64,000 bases of DNA from the human T2T-CHM13v2.0 reference genome, Homo sapiens. The stretch lies in assembly GCF_009914755.1 (NCBI RefSeq), contig NC_060946.1, one strand, 5' to 3'. Positions 29,976 through 44,412 of the stretch are shown in pieces (within the stretch, counting starts at the first letter, position 1; each line of letters starts with the position of its first letter). The notes beneath the pieces were generated by a model. That model was not told the origin of the DNA and ran no database searches. It saw only the letters and a list, made by a program, of their open reading frames with translations. A program made the position numbers and the translations under genes.

Positions 29976-31435
29976 ATGTTAATATTATTAAACACACATC
30001 AGCAACTATCTGCCAGATCAAGATACAGAACATTCCTCCTTCCATGAAAGGCTCCTTTGAGCCCCCTCCCAGGCAGTCTCCATCAGAGGTACCCATCTCA
30101 CTCCAGACTAATTGTCTCGACTTCTCTTACCATGTTAGTTTCTCCCATTCTTGAACTTTGCATAAACAGAAGCACATGGGATGCAGGCTTTTGTGCCTGG
30201 CTTCTTTGACTCCACACTGGGTCTGTGAGATGCCTATATGTGGCTGCGTGTCTCAGTGGCTTGTTCTTTTTCATTGCTGTGTAGCGCTCCATCGCTGTGC
30301 TCTGGGTATACCACTCTTTGTGGCTCCATTCTCCTGCTGATAGACATTTGGGTTGTCAGTTGATTTATTCTGTTCACTTGACTTCTTTCTGTTTTCATGA
30401 TTTTGATCCAAAGAGTTTCTTTTGTCAGGGCACTCTGCAGAGGTGTTTGAAGAACAATTGGCTCTCTGGAAATTTAAGAAACTATGACTGTTTTCATGAT
30501 CCTAATCATTTTGAATCAGAAACATATATATTTATTGATCCATGTCTTCTGTTCAGAAAAAAGACATTGGGAGGGGACAAGGAAGAGAAAGGAGCAAATG
30601 AGCTTTAGTGGAAGTTTTCTCATTCTTCTCTTCACACAAGCTACCTGGTAGATGGTGGAATCCTTCTGTAATTTAAAGTCAAATGCTCATAGGCCACAGT
30701 GGGAGCCATAATAAATGTGTGGGCACTGTCCTTTTGGCGCCCTTTTTCTGCTACTTTGAGATCTCATAAATAACAGAGTATGTTGCTAAGATGCCTTCCG
30801 TCCCTCTGTTTGCTCCAGCTGCAGTTGCTAGGTTGAGCTCCTGGTTGCTAGGGATTTTGTGATCCTGTGGCGGCCCAGAAATATGATGGATCAATGGAAC
30901 ATGCTTTTGCTATTAACTGAAATGTTTCCCAAGCAAATCTCTTAATGTCACTGTATGCTTTGACGTCGTCCCAATTGGTTGATGATTCTTGCAAGTTTCC
31001 CAGTTAGAGGAAGTGGCTTGAGTGGAGGGGACAAGTATCTTGGACTGGGAATCAGTTCAAGAATCAGAAAAGCCTGCTTCTAGTCTTGTATCTGATACTA
31101 ATTTGCTGTGTGACCTTGAGCAAGTGTTACCCGCTCTCTGGGCACTGGTTGCTGCAAAATTCAAAGACTTGCTGGCTTTAACAGCTTACAGTTCATCACC
31201 CAAGTTCTCTAAGCAGGCCAAGTGCAAATCAGTTTCTCATTATCGGCTGGTGGATTATTGACAAAAGAATTCCCATTCCCAGCTCACTTCCTTTCCACCC
31301 AGCAGGCTTCTGGGCTGAGTGTCCTTGGCCAGATGGTGTGTGCATAGTAGCTTCAGACTAATTTTAATATTCAATCAAACATAATTGGAATCATAAATCT
31401 TAAAAAAAATCCTATAATCCATAAACATCTGATCA

Positions 31436-31780
<345 letters not shown>

Positions 31781-32110
31781 TAGCAGTTTTCTATTGCTGC
31801 ACAGAAGACAGAAAACAAGTGCCATTTCCTTTAGTGGGAAAGCTCAGTTGGTGGTGGCTACAAGAAGCAGTGTCCTGAAAGGAATCTGGACTCACTGGCT
31901 TGCTGTAGGATCTTGATTGATTAATGATGTCTGTTATGAGCTCAGGAATATCGTGGGGGCACGTATCAGTATTTACCAATCATGACTGGAGTTTAAAGCC
32001 CACGCCCTTTAGTATCATGGTTGAGGCCTTCAAGGGTGGCCCATGCTGGCTTCTCCAGCTTTATCTTCTCCCCATCTCTATCTGACCCACCTCCAAAAAT
32101 AACTGCTTCC

Positions 32111-32405
32111 AGACGGCGTGGTGGCTCACGCCTGTAATCCCAGCACTTTGGGAGGCTGAGGTGGGCAGATCACTTGAGGTCAGGAGTTCAAGACCAGCCT
32201 GGCCAACGTGGTGAAACCCTTCTCTACTAAAAATATGAAAATTAGCTGGGTGTGGTGGCGGGTGCCTGTAAGCCCAGCTACTCAGGAGGCTGAGGTGAGA
32301 GAATCGCTTGAGCCCGGGGGCGCGGAGGTTGCAGTGAGCTGAGATTGTGCCGTTGCACTCCAGCCTGGGCAACAGAGCGAGACTCTGTCTCAAAAATAAA
32401 CAAAA
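32111..32405 (+). mobile_element. AluS with 17-bp TSD
   Basis: TSD caaaaataactgcttcc at 32094-32110 and 32406-32422. Confidence 0.93.
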
Positions 32406-33116
32406 CAAAAATAACTGCTTCCGTCGACCACCTATTGTCTCCCCAAATCCCCTTTGCTCATGTGGTTCCCTTTGCCTGTTGGGACTTCTATTATATTAAA
32501 TTGGCCAACTCTGCCTATTTATCTTTCAAACTGCTATCACAATTTGATCTGCTCTATGCTATTCCCTTTGGCTGTCTTGGGTGGGATTAATTACCCCTTC
32601 TTCCTCTGATGTCCCATGATTCTCTGCATAGACCTATAGCACAACTTACCCTACAGAGCCTACCTCTAGGCCCTACCTATAGACCCTATATGGCCTATGT
32701 ATCAACCTGTACCCATAGCCTACCTACCACTTAGCCCTTTTCATACTTAGTTGCTTTTATGTCTCTTTCCAGTTCTACCTTGAGAGGGCCTCAAAGTCAA
32801 GGTCTGGGCTTTGCTCATCTTTGCATCCCCAGACCAGAGCCCCGCATAGAGCAGAGCTTCCATAAATCTGTAATGCGTGCACACATGAAGGAATAAAAGC
32901 CACACTGCATTTCAAAGTCAGAGAAAAATGATTTGGATAACTTTCCCAGTCGCCTGAGTTTGTCTGTCAGTACTCCTCAGCTTAATTGTGGGTAATTTAT
33001 TGTGGCAATAAAATGACCCCTGCATTCCTTCGAGACGGAGCTCAGCTTCAAGTTGTGAGCTTGTGTTTTCTCCATCGCGATGGCCTTGTTTTCTTCCTCT
33101 CTCCCTTTGCCCGCAG

Positions 33117-33261
33117 CCTGAAGATAAACAGAAGGCGGCAGCTGCCTTTGCCCAGCTCCAGGGTGCCATGGAGATGCTGGGCATCTCAGAGAGCGAGCAG
33201 CGGGCTGTTTGGCGGGTCCTGGCAGCCATCTACCACCTGGGCGCGGCGGGGGCCTGCAAAG
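33117..33261 (+). CDS. MYO18B: MYO18B exon (probably 12), 145 nt, phase 0-1
   Basis: ctttgcccgcag|CCT...AAA G|gtacgt; [48 protein letters not shown]. Confidence 0.97.
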
Positions 33262-33457
33262 GTACGTCCTTCCTGCCGGGCTCACCTGGAAGGGCAGCTG
33301 TCTCCTTTGGCAGGTGCCTGACAAGGCCCTTCTCTCGGAGCGGTGGGAACAGGGTCAATCTGTCACCTTCTATGTCTCTGGGACTTCCCTTGGGGAGGCT
33401 GCTGAAACTAGGCGTCGTGAGGAGGACACAGGGCTGGCTTTTCAAGCAAACCTTCTA

Positions 33458-33668
33458 GACCAGCTCTGTCCACAAGAACTTTCTGCAATGATGGAGATTA
33501 CTGCGGTTCAGTGCAGTAACCACTAGCCACAGGCTGCTACTGAACACTTATATATAGTAGTGCGACTGAGGAATTGAATTTTTAATTGTATTTAATTCTA
33601 CTTAATTTAAATTTAAGTAGTCATAGGTAGCCAGTGGCTACTGTACTGGCAGTACAGTAGGGCAGCTC
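33458..33668. mobile_element. MER3-like hAT-Charlie MITE
   Basis: ctgtccacaagaactttctgcaatgatgga...gactgaggaattgaattttta...gtggctactgtactgg; tctaga on both flanks. Confidence 0.75.
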
Positions 33669-33717
33669 TAGAATATGCAAGGGAAGGTTGGGTCTCTGCA
33701 GTAAAGGTGCTGTGTTT

Positions 33718-34028
33718 TTTTCTTTTTCTTTTTAAAATTTTCATTGAGATAGGGTCTTGCATTGTTGTTCAGGGCAGTAGTGGTGCGATCATAGCTCACT
33801 GCAGCTTCCACCTCCTTGGCTCAAGCAATCCTCCCGCCTCAGCCTCCTGAGTAGCTGGGACTACAGCTGTGCACCCCCATGCCTGGTTAATATATATTTT
33901 TTTATTTTTTTGTAGACAGGGGTCTCACTTTTTGCCCAGGCTGGTCTCAAACTCCTAGGCTCAAGCAATCTTCCTGCCTTGACCTCCCAAAGTGGTGGGA
34001 TTACAGGCATGAGCCACTGTGCCCAGCC
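33718..34028 (-). mobile_element. AluJ-like with 14-bp TSD
   Basis: TSD aaggtgctgtgttt at 33704-33717 and 34029-34042. Confidence 0.9.
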
Positions 34029-34291
34029 AAGGTGCTGTGTTTCTAGTTAGACATCCTGGAGATGTTCCCTGCCACATGCCCTGAAACTGATCTTGTATCC
34101 TTGTCCCCATCCTTAAGTGTCTGCTTGCGATTTTCCCCATTTTGACCTGGTCTTCCAAGTGGTTCCTGCCATCCCCCTAGTTCTTACCCTCTCCGTATCC
34201 AATCATTCACTATGTTCCAGAGATAGTCTCTGTGACATCATTTCTGTCCTAGTTTCTCTATCCTTACTGTTATCACCTTATGCGGTGTTTA

Positions 34292-34295
<4 letters not shown>

Positions 34296-34335
<40 letters not shown>
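34296..34335. repeat. (TG)20 microsatellite
   Basis: Direct read. Confidence 0.95.
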
Positions 34336-34337
<2 letters not shown>

Positions 34338-35068
34338 TGGATAGGTGCAGTAGCCTCCTTGCTGATACCTGCATTCCTCCTCCTACCCATTCTCATCATG
34401 ACCATCAGGTTCCTTTCTACAACATAGACCCGTAATGTCATTCTCCGCTTAGAATCCTCTGGAGGCTCTCCCTTGCCTCCAAGTCAAATAAAATTCCTTG
34501 GCTTGGCATTCAAAGCTCCTCACCTCCTCACCTCAAAAGCTGCTCCCTTTTTTGGCAATATAGAAGGTTCTGGGGAGAGAGTGGGGATGAAGAGCAAGGG
34601 TTTCTGCCTTCATGGGGCCTTTGGTGCATTGTATTACGATTGTGACGTTGTCTAGCTCTTATCAGTGGCTGGTGGCTTCCTTTGGGCCCAGAGCATAGAA
34701 CTGGAAGTTGCTTATTGAATGAACATGTGTGTGAATTGAGGTCTGTCCTGGGACTGTGCATGGATTCTGGCTGACATTCTGGGCTGTTACCTTGGCGGGG
34801 GCAGTAGAATCTTCGAGAAGGTGCTGGTGCATCCTTTCCGTCATCCCCACATTCCCGGGCCCTGTGGCCTATTCCTTTGATTCTCATCCATTTGAGCCAC
34901 ATACATTAACCCATTGTTTTGATTTTGGAAATTTCTAGAAGTCATACTGAGTCAGGAGTAAGTAAGATGGGGATTCAACAGTTGATCCAAGCCAAGGACA
35001 GACATGCTGGGCTGGGGCAAATATGAAAATACCAAATGCCACTTGTTTTTCCAAAAATCATCCATGGA

Positions 35069-35506
35069 CATTCACAATGGCAAAGATATGGAACCAATCT
35101 AAGTGCCCATCCACCAATGAGTGGATAAAGAAAATGTGAGATATATATATACACACACACCATGGAATACTACTCAGCCATAAAGATGAGATGAAATAAT
35201 GTCTTTTGCAGCAACTTGGATGGAGCTGGAGGCCATTATTCTAAGTAACTTGAGAATGGAAAACCAAATATCATACATTCTCACTTACAAGTGGGAGCTA
35301 AGCTATGAGGATGCAAAGGCGTAAGAATGATATAATAGACTTTGGGGACTCAGGAGGGGGAGGTTAAGAGGGGGTGAAGGATAAAACACTACATATTTGG
35401 TACAGTGTACACCGCTAGGGGGGTTGGGTATACTAAAATCTGATCAATCACCACTAAAGAACTTAACCAAAAACCACCTGTACCCCCAAAATGATTGGAA
35501 AAAAAA
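35069..35506 (+). mobile_element. 5'-truncated L1PB-like 3' end
   Basis: tggaaccaatctaagtgcccatc...ccattattctaagt...accacctgtacccccaaaa; degenerate TSD aaaaatcatccatgg / aaaaatcagccgtgg. Confidence 0.85.
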
Positions 35507-35594
35507 TCAGCCGTGGGCCATGCTCAGCGCTTGGCTGTTTGGGCATCACCACTACTTTGTTCAGGGAACTGTAATGTCTCTCACTCAACGTCCT

Positions 35595-35865
35595 GGTCAC
35601 TGAGGCCAACCTGAGTCAGAAACAGACCCTTAGACAGAGATGTGGGAACATGTTGCATATTTGGGGAAGGACCCCAGAAGGCTGTGGCAGGGAAATGGGA
35701 AAATGACACAGGAGAGGGAAGGCAGGTAGTATAAGGTGCATGAAGGAGTGGCTTACCCCTGGGAAACTGAGGCTCAGTCCAGCTGGGGACCCCTGGGAGA
35801 CTCTGAGGAATATGCCTCCTGGTTGTCCTATCCAAGAGACAAGGAAGTTGAGATATTTATCCAGA
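35595..35865. mobile_element. MLT1-type (MaLR) LTR fragment
   Basis: cagaaacagaccctt...ggaaggaccccagaagg...ggctcagtccagctggggaccc. Confidence 0.55.
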
Positions 35866-37139
35866 GACTAAGGGGGAGCCCCCTGGCTTATTAGCCTGTC
35901 ACCAGGGAAGTGTAGGAGCTCAATTTTATTCCTGAGTTTCTCCTCCTGGGGCAGAGTGGGGGGGCCCCCGCCCCCTGATGTGGGCTCAAGGACCTGACCC
36001 ATCACATCAGTGCATCTGATGATAAGAGAAAGTCACTTTTATAAATATTTTACTAATACTTGATGATGGCAATAATTTCTGCCAGTCCTCCCCCTATCCC
36101 ACGTTATAAATTATTTTAAGAAGAGCTGCCGTCAGTCTGCCTGGGAGGCCTGCCCGATGATTTACTTACTTATATATTCTGCTTTGAAAGATTTCATAAT
36201 AGGTTGCTCTAAAATCAGCTATTAAGAATTTCAAAGTCGTACATAAATGTCTTTGCTTTGTGTCATAACAGATCATTTTGAAATATATTAAGAATCATTT
36301 TCATTAATCAGGTTTTTTTTTCATTAAAATGATACTCCCTTCTCAGTGTGCCTGGCTTCCTAACTAATTCTGAGAGCCCCAATCCTGTTTTTAAAAATCA
36401 ATAATAGTTCCCTTTGGGGAGAATTTGGGCCTTATAACTGGACACAGGGTTTTTGAACTGTTATAGCAATGACAATCACCACTAATATTGGCCTGGTGTT
36501 TGACAGTTTCAAAAGCACTTATACCTCTATTATGCCCTTGGATTGGATTAGATGTATGTGCTAACTTAATGGGCAAGAGTCAGGAGTCAGCCTGCTGGAT
36601 ATGAATCCTGGCTCAGCCTCTCTGAGCCTCAGTCTCTTCCTCTGTAAAATGGGGCTAATGATGGTACCCACTTTGTAGGCTTCTCGTGAGAACTGAAGGA
36701 GTCAGTGGCAAAAACTGTGGTACACAGGACTTGGCTCCTGGCGGGGTGTTTCATAAGGGTTCATTTTCATCCGTCTCATTTTATAGACAAGCAAACAGAG
36801 GCTCAGAGAAGGTATGCCACTGATCTGGTATCACACAGCCAGTACCTTCCAGAGTGGGGTTTGGGCCATTCTCATTTTCCTGGGGCCATTGTGCTGAGTG
36901 TTTATAGACCCGATGATGTCACCACCTCCTTAGAACAGCCTGGGAGGGGTGAGGACTGTTACGATGCCCATTTTATAGGGAAGAAACTGATGCGCAGCAG
37001 AGAGTTTCATGCATATTCCTCAGGACATAGAGCTAAAGCTAGAGATGGGATTTGGACTTAGGTCTGCCTGAGCTCTGAGCCCTGAGACCAGCCTCTGGGA
37101 CCACACCTCCTACCTCCCACCTCCCAAGTACCAGGTGTT

Positions 37140-37612
37140 CCTGCCTATGGCAGGCCTACAATTCACCTCAATTCTGAGACTATCCTGAGTTAGCAGAGTT
37201 AACACAGACCCTGCAGGTTAAGGATTCAATCCTACAAGACTGTCTCCACTTCAGATGCCAGCTGCAAGTACCCGACCTCCCATACTTCTAGCCAAGTGGC
37301 TTTTACATAGTGAGTTCTCATGACCCCCTTCTCTTGTCTAATAATTCACTAGAATGACTCACAGGATTCAAGAACACACTTTACTTACAACCACTGCTCT
37401 ATTATAAAGGATACAACTCAGGAACAGGGCAAGGGATGGGGAGAGGGCAGAGACTCCTGTCCTCTCTAGGCATGACAGCCGACAGCCTCCCAGCACTTTG
37501 ATGTGTTGGAAGCTCTCTGAACCCCATCCTTTAGGGGTTTCCATGGAGGTTTCTCTATGCAGCCATGATTGATCAAATTATTGGCAATTAACTCAATCTC
37601 CAGCTCTTCTGT
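37140..37612. mobile_element. MER21-like ERV LTR
   Basis: caattctgagactatcctgagttagca...caagactgtctccacttcagatgccag...aaggatacaactcaggaacag. Confidence 0.7.
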
Positions 37613-37640
37613 CACATCTTAAAAAGAAATCCTATAGCTG

Positions 37641-37949
<309 letters not shown>

Positions 37950-38087
37950 CCCCTATAGCCTTTAGCTATTGCCCTCTAAACACCCATCCCTAAGCAATGC
38001 TTTCCCCCAGCCATAAACAACCATGAATCTACTTTCTGTCTGTAGATTTCCTTGTTATGGATGTTTGACATGAATGCAATCATGTAA

Positions 38088-38435
<348 letters not shown>

Positions 38436-39139
38436 GTGACTAGCTGCTTTCATGTGGTGTAGTGTTTGCAAGAGTCATCTATTTTGTAGGATGGATCAGT
38501 ATTTTAGTCCTTTTTATTATGGCTGAATTATATTCCATCATATGGATATACCACATTTTGTTTACCCATGGACCAGTTTTTTTTTTCTTTTATTCTTCCT
38601 GAGAGCTGGGTCATAGTAACTGCTCAGAAAATTCTAGTAGAATGTATGCCCCAAACTGGCTTGCACAACAGGTAAAATTAGGCCCATTTTGCAAAGGAGA
38701 GCCCAGAGGCAGAGCGGTTCTGTGATGGGTCAAGTATGTATGTGTATGCCAAGAAGACTAGACTTTGCAGTCAGCCACCTCCAGCCAAGTTTCAGCTCTG
38801 CCTTTTAATGGATGTGTAATCTTGAACAGGTCACTTCCCGTATCTAAGCCTCAGTTCTCTCATCTATAAAATGGGGACAGCTATGATACCTTCTCTATAG
38901 GGTGAGGAGTGATGAAACGCAACGATGTTCATAGGAAGCCATTAGTTCAGGGCTTTGTGGTTCTGGAAATGTGTCTGTTTTGTTTGTCCTGCAGATCCCA
39001 TGGTAGACATAAACCAGTCCTCTGGGTCTGTGTCCCCAGTCCTCTCTTAAACTTCTAGCCAATTACTCTGAACTTGTTGGGGTTTACACTATTTTGACCT
39101 CAACTTACGGTAAGAAACATTTTACCTCTTGACCCAGTG

Positions 39140-39140
<1 letters not shown>

Positions 39141-39185
<45 letters not shown>
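39141..39185. repeat. (AC)22 microsatellite
   Basis: Direct read. Confidence 0.95.
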
Positions 39186-39188
<3 letters not shown>

Positions 39189-42100
39189 TTTATAGAGACT
39201 AAACCACAGAGGGAATCTTCTGTATTCGTGAGTTTGAAAAAAGAAAAACAAAAACACGCCAACACTGGCAGGTAGCTACAACCATGCCCAGAAACTCACC
39301 GTGGTAAATCCACTTTCTCTGCAGCTACAAATCCCATTTTGGGTTTTGTTTCACCTTTATTTTGATTTTTAACCTTATACAGTCTCTCCACCTGGCCACC
39401 AGAGTGGCCCTTTTCACACAAAACCCAGCCCACACCATTCCTCTGTCCCCATGCCTGCCCAGGTTGCTCAGAGGCAAGCTAAGGCAGCCACAAAGATCTC
39501 CAAGCTTCCACGGAATAGGGGAGCAATGATTCCCAAGCAGTCTCTGTGCTGAGTTACTTGCTAGATCACCGGACCTGAGGAAATATTCAAGATAATGCCT
39601 TAAGGTGAGTGTGGTGCAGTTGTGGCTCAGAGAGGTGGTGTGACGTGCGCAAGGGCACACAGCTGGGAAGTGATGGAGCACAAAGCTGCTTGAACCTAAG
39701 GCTCTCAGGCTTTACACAGGGACCAGGACCCTTCTTAGTTACATTAGCATAGTTGAGGTTTTCTTCTGTGTGTGTGTGTGAGAGAGCACTCCTGAAGTCT
39801 AAGCAATTCTCCTGTGTGTGGAAGGTAGCTTTTGGCACAAGCCAGGTGGGCTCAGGTGGACACCCTCCATATAAACTTCTTGGTTGTCCAGGGCAACTGT
39901 ACTTTGCTCAGCCTGGATGTCAGGGGGTGGCCCTGCTCTGTCTGGCAAGGTCCCGGCAGCGAGAAGGCTCCTGAACTTGCATTAGATGTTGCCTGACAGC
40001 CTTGGCAGATGGGGCACTGTCAGGACTGTGAGATCGGATATGATGGAAGACCGTGGGCATCACCCATAGACCCCTAATTGTCTGGTTCACCTAGGATGTC
40101 CATGCTGCGCAGAAGGTGTGGTGGGCTTGCCTGCTGAGGAGGGCTCAGCGAAGGGCCCATGGCTGTGATGGGCAAGGAGATGCTCATCTCTCAGCTCCTC
40201 TGGTGTCTGGAGGTCAAGTATGGCCTCCCCTTTCCCTCACTCCTCATGTACAGGTTCTGAGCGTGCCCTCCCTGTGCCCAGCTCTCAGTGGGGATGGAAC
40301 TGGGCAGCCCCATGTTAAGGCACCCTTCCCATGCCAGCCCCACGTTGTGATTTAGCACATGGCATCCCATTCGCTCCTCCAGATAAACTCATCTGCATTC
40401 TGCAGATGAGGAAACTGAAGCTCCTCCAGGAGAAACCACTTGCCCAGGGCACACAATGAGGCTGCACCCGAGCTTGGACTGGAACTCAGGTCTGTCTGGC
40501 TCCAAGGCCTCTTCCTTCCACTGCAGCATGCAAAAAGGATGGTCAAAGGACAAATGTTCCCTGTTTGGGGACTCTCAGGTTGGACCAGGGCAAGATCGCT
40601 GTGGATTTATTCTTGGAGCCTCAGCTGGGAGCCCTAGAGCTCTCTCCAGGGATCCTCGTCTTATGATCACGTCACCCAATTGGACATAATCTCTGTCCTG
40701 GAAGCCTGGAATGGCTTCCCAGCTAGTCTCCTGGCTTCCCTTCTTCCCCATCCTTTCTACCCCGATCTGTTCTCATGCCGCAGCCAGCAGGAACTCCCAA
40801 GTTCACACGTTTGGTTGGGTTACTTCAGTAGAGCTACCGATGACCCTGTATGAGGGCAATTCCAGCTGGTCTGGTCCCTGCCCACCTCTCCAGCCTCAGT
40901 TTGCACCCATGATGCTGTGGCTCAGCTGCAGAGGATGTTTCCAGTTTGACTCTCTTGCTATTCCCTGCAAGAGCTGTGGTATGGCAGTCTTGTCCTCTCC
41001 CGCTGTCCCTACTTCCCTTTGTCAACCCCTCAGCTCTTGATTCGAAAGTCACTGCCCCCACAAGCCTTCCCTGGCCCTGAGCAAGGTCTGGTTTTCCTGC
41101 TCTGTATGCTCCAGGCATTCCCTGGCCACCTTTATTTATTTTTCATGTGGGACGATTGATTATTGGATTAATGTCTGTCTCCCATGCTGGGCTGTAGCTC
41201 TGTGAGTACAGAGGTCTTGTCTGATTCTGCTCATCGTTGCATCCCCAGGGCCTAGCACAGGGCCTGGTACATAGTATGTGCTCAATAGGTATTTACTGAG
41301 CCATGTGACTTCTTGGCAACTCTCAAAGGAGGGAGAGGTTGCCCTGGAATGGAGGTGCGATGAGGGATGTGAAGGGGTTGTGCACTTAATCACATTGGCA
41401 GGTGAAGGAGAGGGACCATGCAGGAGGACAGACAGACAAGGGCACTGAACGACAACCACTCGGCTACTGTGGGCATCCCCTCTTGCCCTGACTCTAGGAC
41501 ACCTCCCATCACAGGACAGGTGGCTCCTGGGCTTAGTCAGTTTATTACAGATTTGTCTCGAGAGGCTGGGCACAGCTGGCCTTTGGATCTTAGAAGCCTG
41601 CTCTTGTGGTGGCAATGAGACTGCATCCCTCCCTCTGCCTGCATAGTATCCACACTTCCTTTCTGTCTCTCTGGCTTGCCATCACTGATGGGTTCCTGGG
41701 GAAGGCAGCGGGAGGGGGCTCTGAGGGCTGGCACCACATGGCAGGCAGAAAACACCAGGTGATTTGACATCGTGGTTGATTTGCTGTTCGCCAAGGCTCA
41801 TGGCTCAAGCCATCACTCCAGGTCCATTAGACAACAATTCATCCAAGCTCATGCTTCTCTCCTTTGGCAAAAAGTGGCCTGTGGAACCATTAGCTGGTGC
41901 TTGTGTATTTCGAATGGCAGGCAATGGATGCTCTCTGGAGCTAAACTTGGTAAAGAGAGAGTAGGGAGGAGGGGAGAGCTGGCTTCCCAGAACTGGACAG
42001 AGAAGCATTTGAGTCCAGGCTCCCTGATCTCCTGGCAGTGTGATTCACCCTGTGTCAGTGACTTTTCATCTCGTTGGACCTCAGTTTTCTTGTCTGATAA

Positions 42101-42534
42101 TAACTCCACCTACCTTCTACAATCATTGTACAGTCAGATAATAAATGTTTAGTACTTGGCACATACGAGGTATTCAGTAAGCAGTAACTCTCTTTTCTTT
42201 GCAAAGCATTTTGGTTGTCATTTCTTTCTGTTGGCATTAAAGCCTACCTCTGAGATGGGCTTGGTGAGGGTTGTTAAACCCATTTGGTGAGTGAAGAACT
42301 TGCACCTCTCAGAGGTGTGGCTCCTCACCTAAAGTCATAAAATGAAACTTCTGTGCTAGAGAACAGCAAGTTCAGAACCAGAATCCAGTTCTAGACTCTC
42401 AGCTCAGTGCTCTTTACACAGCTTAGCAGAAGGCCCGAGAGGCCAAGGGTAGTGTAGGGCAGTGGTTAGAGCACAGTCTAGAGTGACACAGATCTGGACT
42501 CAGATTGAAGTAAGAATTCCAGCACTGGCTGGCT

Positions 42535-43008
42535 TTGTGGCTGTTCTGTTACAGTGCTGCTGAAGGAATCAGCCCCAAAGCCCATGGCTTGAACAATCAC
42601 TTTATTATTTCCCAAGGCTTCTGTGTATCTGTACTTTGGAAGGGCTCAACTGGGAGGTTTTGGCTTGGGGTCTCTCATGTGGCTGCAGTCAACTGGTGGC
42701 TGATGAAGCGTAGGAAGGCTGGAATAGCCCATTTCCCAGGCTTCATGTGGTCTCAGGTCTCTCCCTGTGGGCTAGTTGGGCTTCCTTATGGCATGGTGGC
42801 TTCAGGACTCCAAGTGCAAGTTTCCAGGAAGCAAGATGGAAGGTGCATCACCTTTTCTGAGTGGCAACACTTCTGCCATGTTCTGTTGGTAAGAATCGTG
42901 TCACAATTTCAAGGATGAGCGAAACCAAATTCCACCCCTAGATGAAGGAGCAGCAAGATTCTAGGACGTATAGGATGGGAGCTATTGGCATGGCCATATC
43001 TTGCCATA
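42535..43008. mobile_element. MLT1-type (MaLR) LTR
   Basis: gggctcaactgggagg...ggggtctctcatgtggctgcagtca...cacttctgccatgttctgttgg. Confidence 0.7.
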
Positions 43009-44128
43009 GTGGCCTTGAGCAAGTAACTTAAGCTTTCTGAGGCTCAGAAAACTGAGGCTCAGTTTTCTGAGCCTCACAGGTCTGTTTTGCAGATGAACTG
43101 AGATGCTGTTTGCCAAGAGCTTTGGGGTACAGTGCCAGGCATGTAAGTAAGAGTTAGATTTTAAAAATCATAATGTTGCAAAGTTTCCATAGCCAATGCA
43201 TCCCGGTCCCTACTGTGGTGGGGATGGAATGGCTCCTGAGACTTTTGCTCTCTGTTTTATTACCAGTGCCCCCGACCATTCTCTGAGACCCCCAAAAGAC
43301 CTTCTTCCTACAGAAGAGTAAATCAAGGATGAACTCTATGTCCTCTTTGCAGCAAGATACGATTTCTCTGTCTTGGGGCCTCTTTTCTTGTATGAGATTA
43401 AAATCAGACACAATCCTCTTCCCAGGAATGACCTCTGTTAAAATCCTCTCCAAGTTTTCCCTGTTCTCCACCTCAGCCCCAGGCTGGGGATCACTTTGCA
43501 TAAATTCTCACTTTTAATTCTCACAGCAACCCTGACAGGTAGGGAAGGAGTCACCATTTTTGTGGTCCAAGATGCTGAGTCTCAGGATCTTGCAATCTTT
43601 GTCAAAGTCAAACAGCAGCATGTGATGGGGCCAAGGTCAGAACTCAGTACCTGTCTGCCTCCAAAGTTCTTGCTCTTCTCCACTACAAGGCCACCCAGCT
43701 GGCCAAGCTGGTGGGTACATTCTGGGTGCTAGGATCTCCACCCTCTCTCCTGAGAGCGCCTCCTCAGCTCCATCTAATCTCCATCCAGTCCCCAATTTGG
43801 AAGGTTGTCCCTCTAAGCAGAATTGAGGAGAGCTCAGACTCGGGGCTAAAGGCATGGGGTCTGGAACCAGGCTGACCAGTGTTCAACCCTGTTTCTCCTG
43901 CATGGTCCAGGTGACTCCTTTGACCTGTGAGACTCAATGTCCTCATCTGTAAAGTGGGGATAATCAGAGTGCCTGCCTCCTAGGGTTCTTGTGAGGCTGA
44001 CATTATTGAACTTGAGTATTTAAAGCTGTGTCATTGCTATCATTGGCATTATTGTTATTAACGAAAAATCAGTCCAGGGCCCAGGAGAGTTTTCCCCAGC
44101 AACTTTTAGAAGAGGCTGACCTGGGCGG

Positions 44129-44412
44129 TTTTTTTTGAGACAGAGTCTTGCTCTGTCACCCAGGCTGGAGTGCAGTGGTGCAATCTTGGCTTACAGCAAC
44201 CTCCGCCTCCTGGGTTCAAGAAATTCTCTGCCTTAGCCTCCCGAGTAGCTGGGATTACAGGTACCTGCCACCACACCCAGCTAATTTTTGTATTTTTAGT
44301 AGAGATGGGGTTTCACCATCTCTTGGCCAGTCTGGTCTTGAACTCCTGACCTCATGATCCACCCACCTCAGCCTCCCAAAGCGCTGGGATTACAGGAGTG
44401 AGCCACCAGCCT
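44129..44412 (-). mobile_element. AluS
   Basis: Antisense dimer. Confidence 0.9.
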
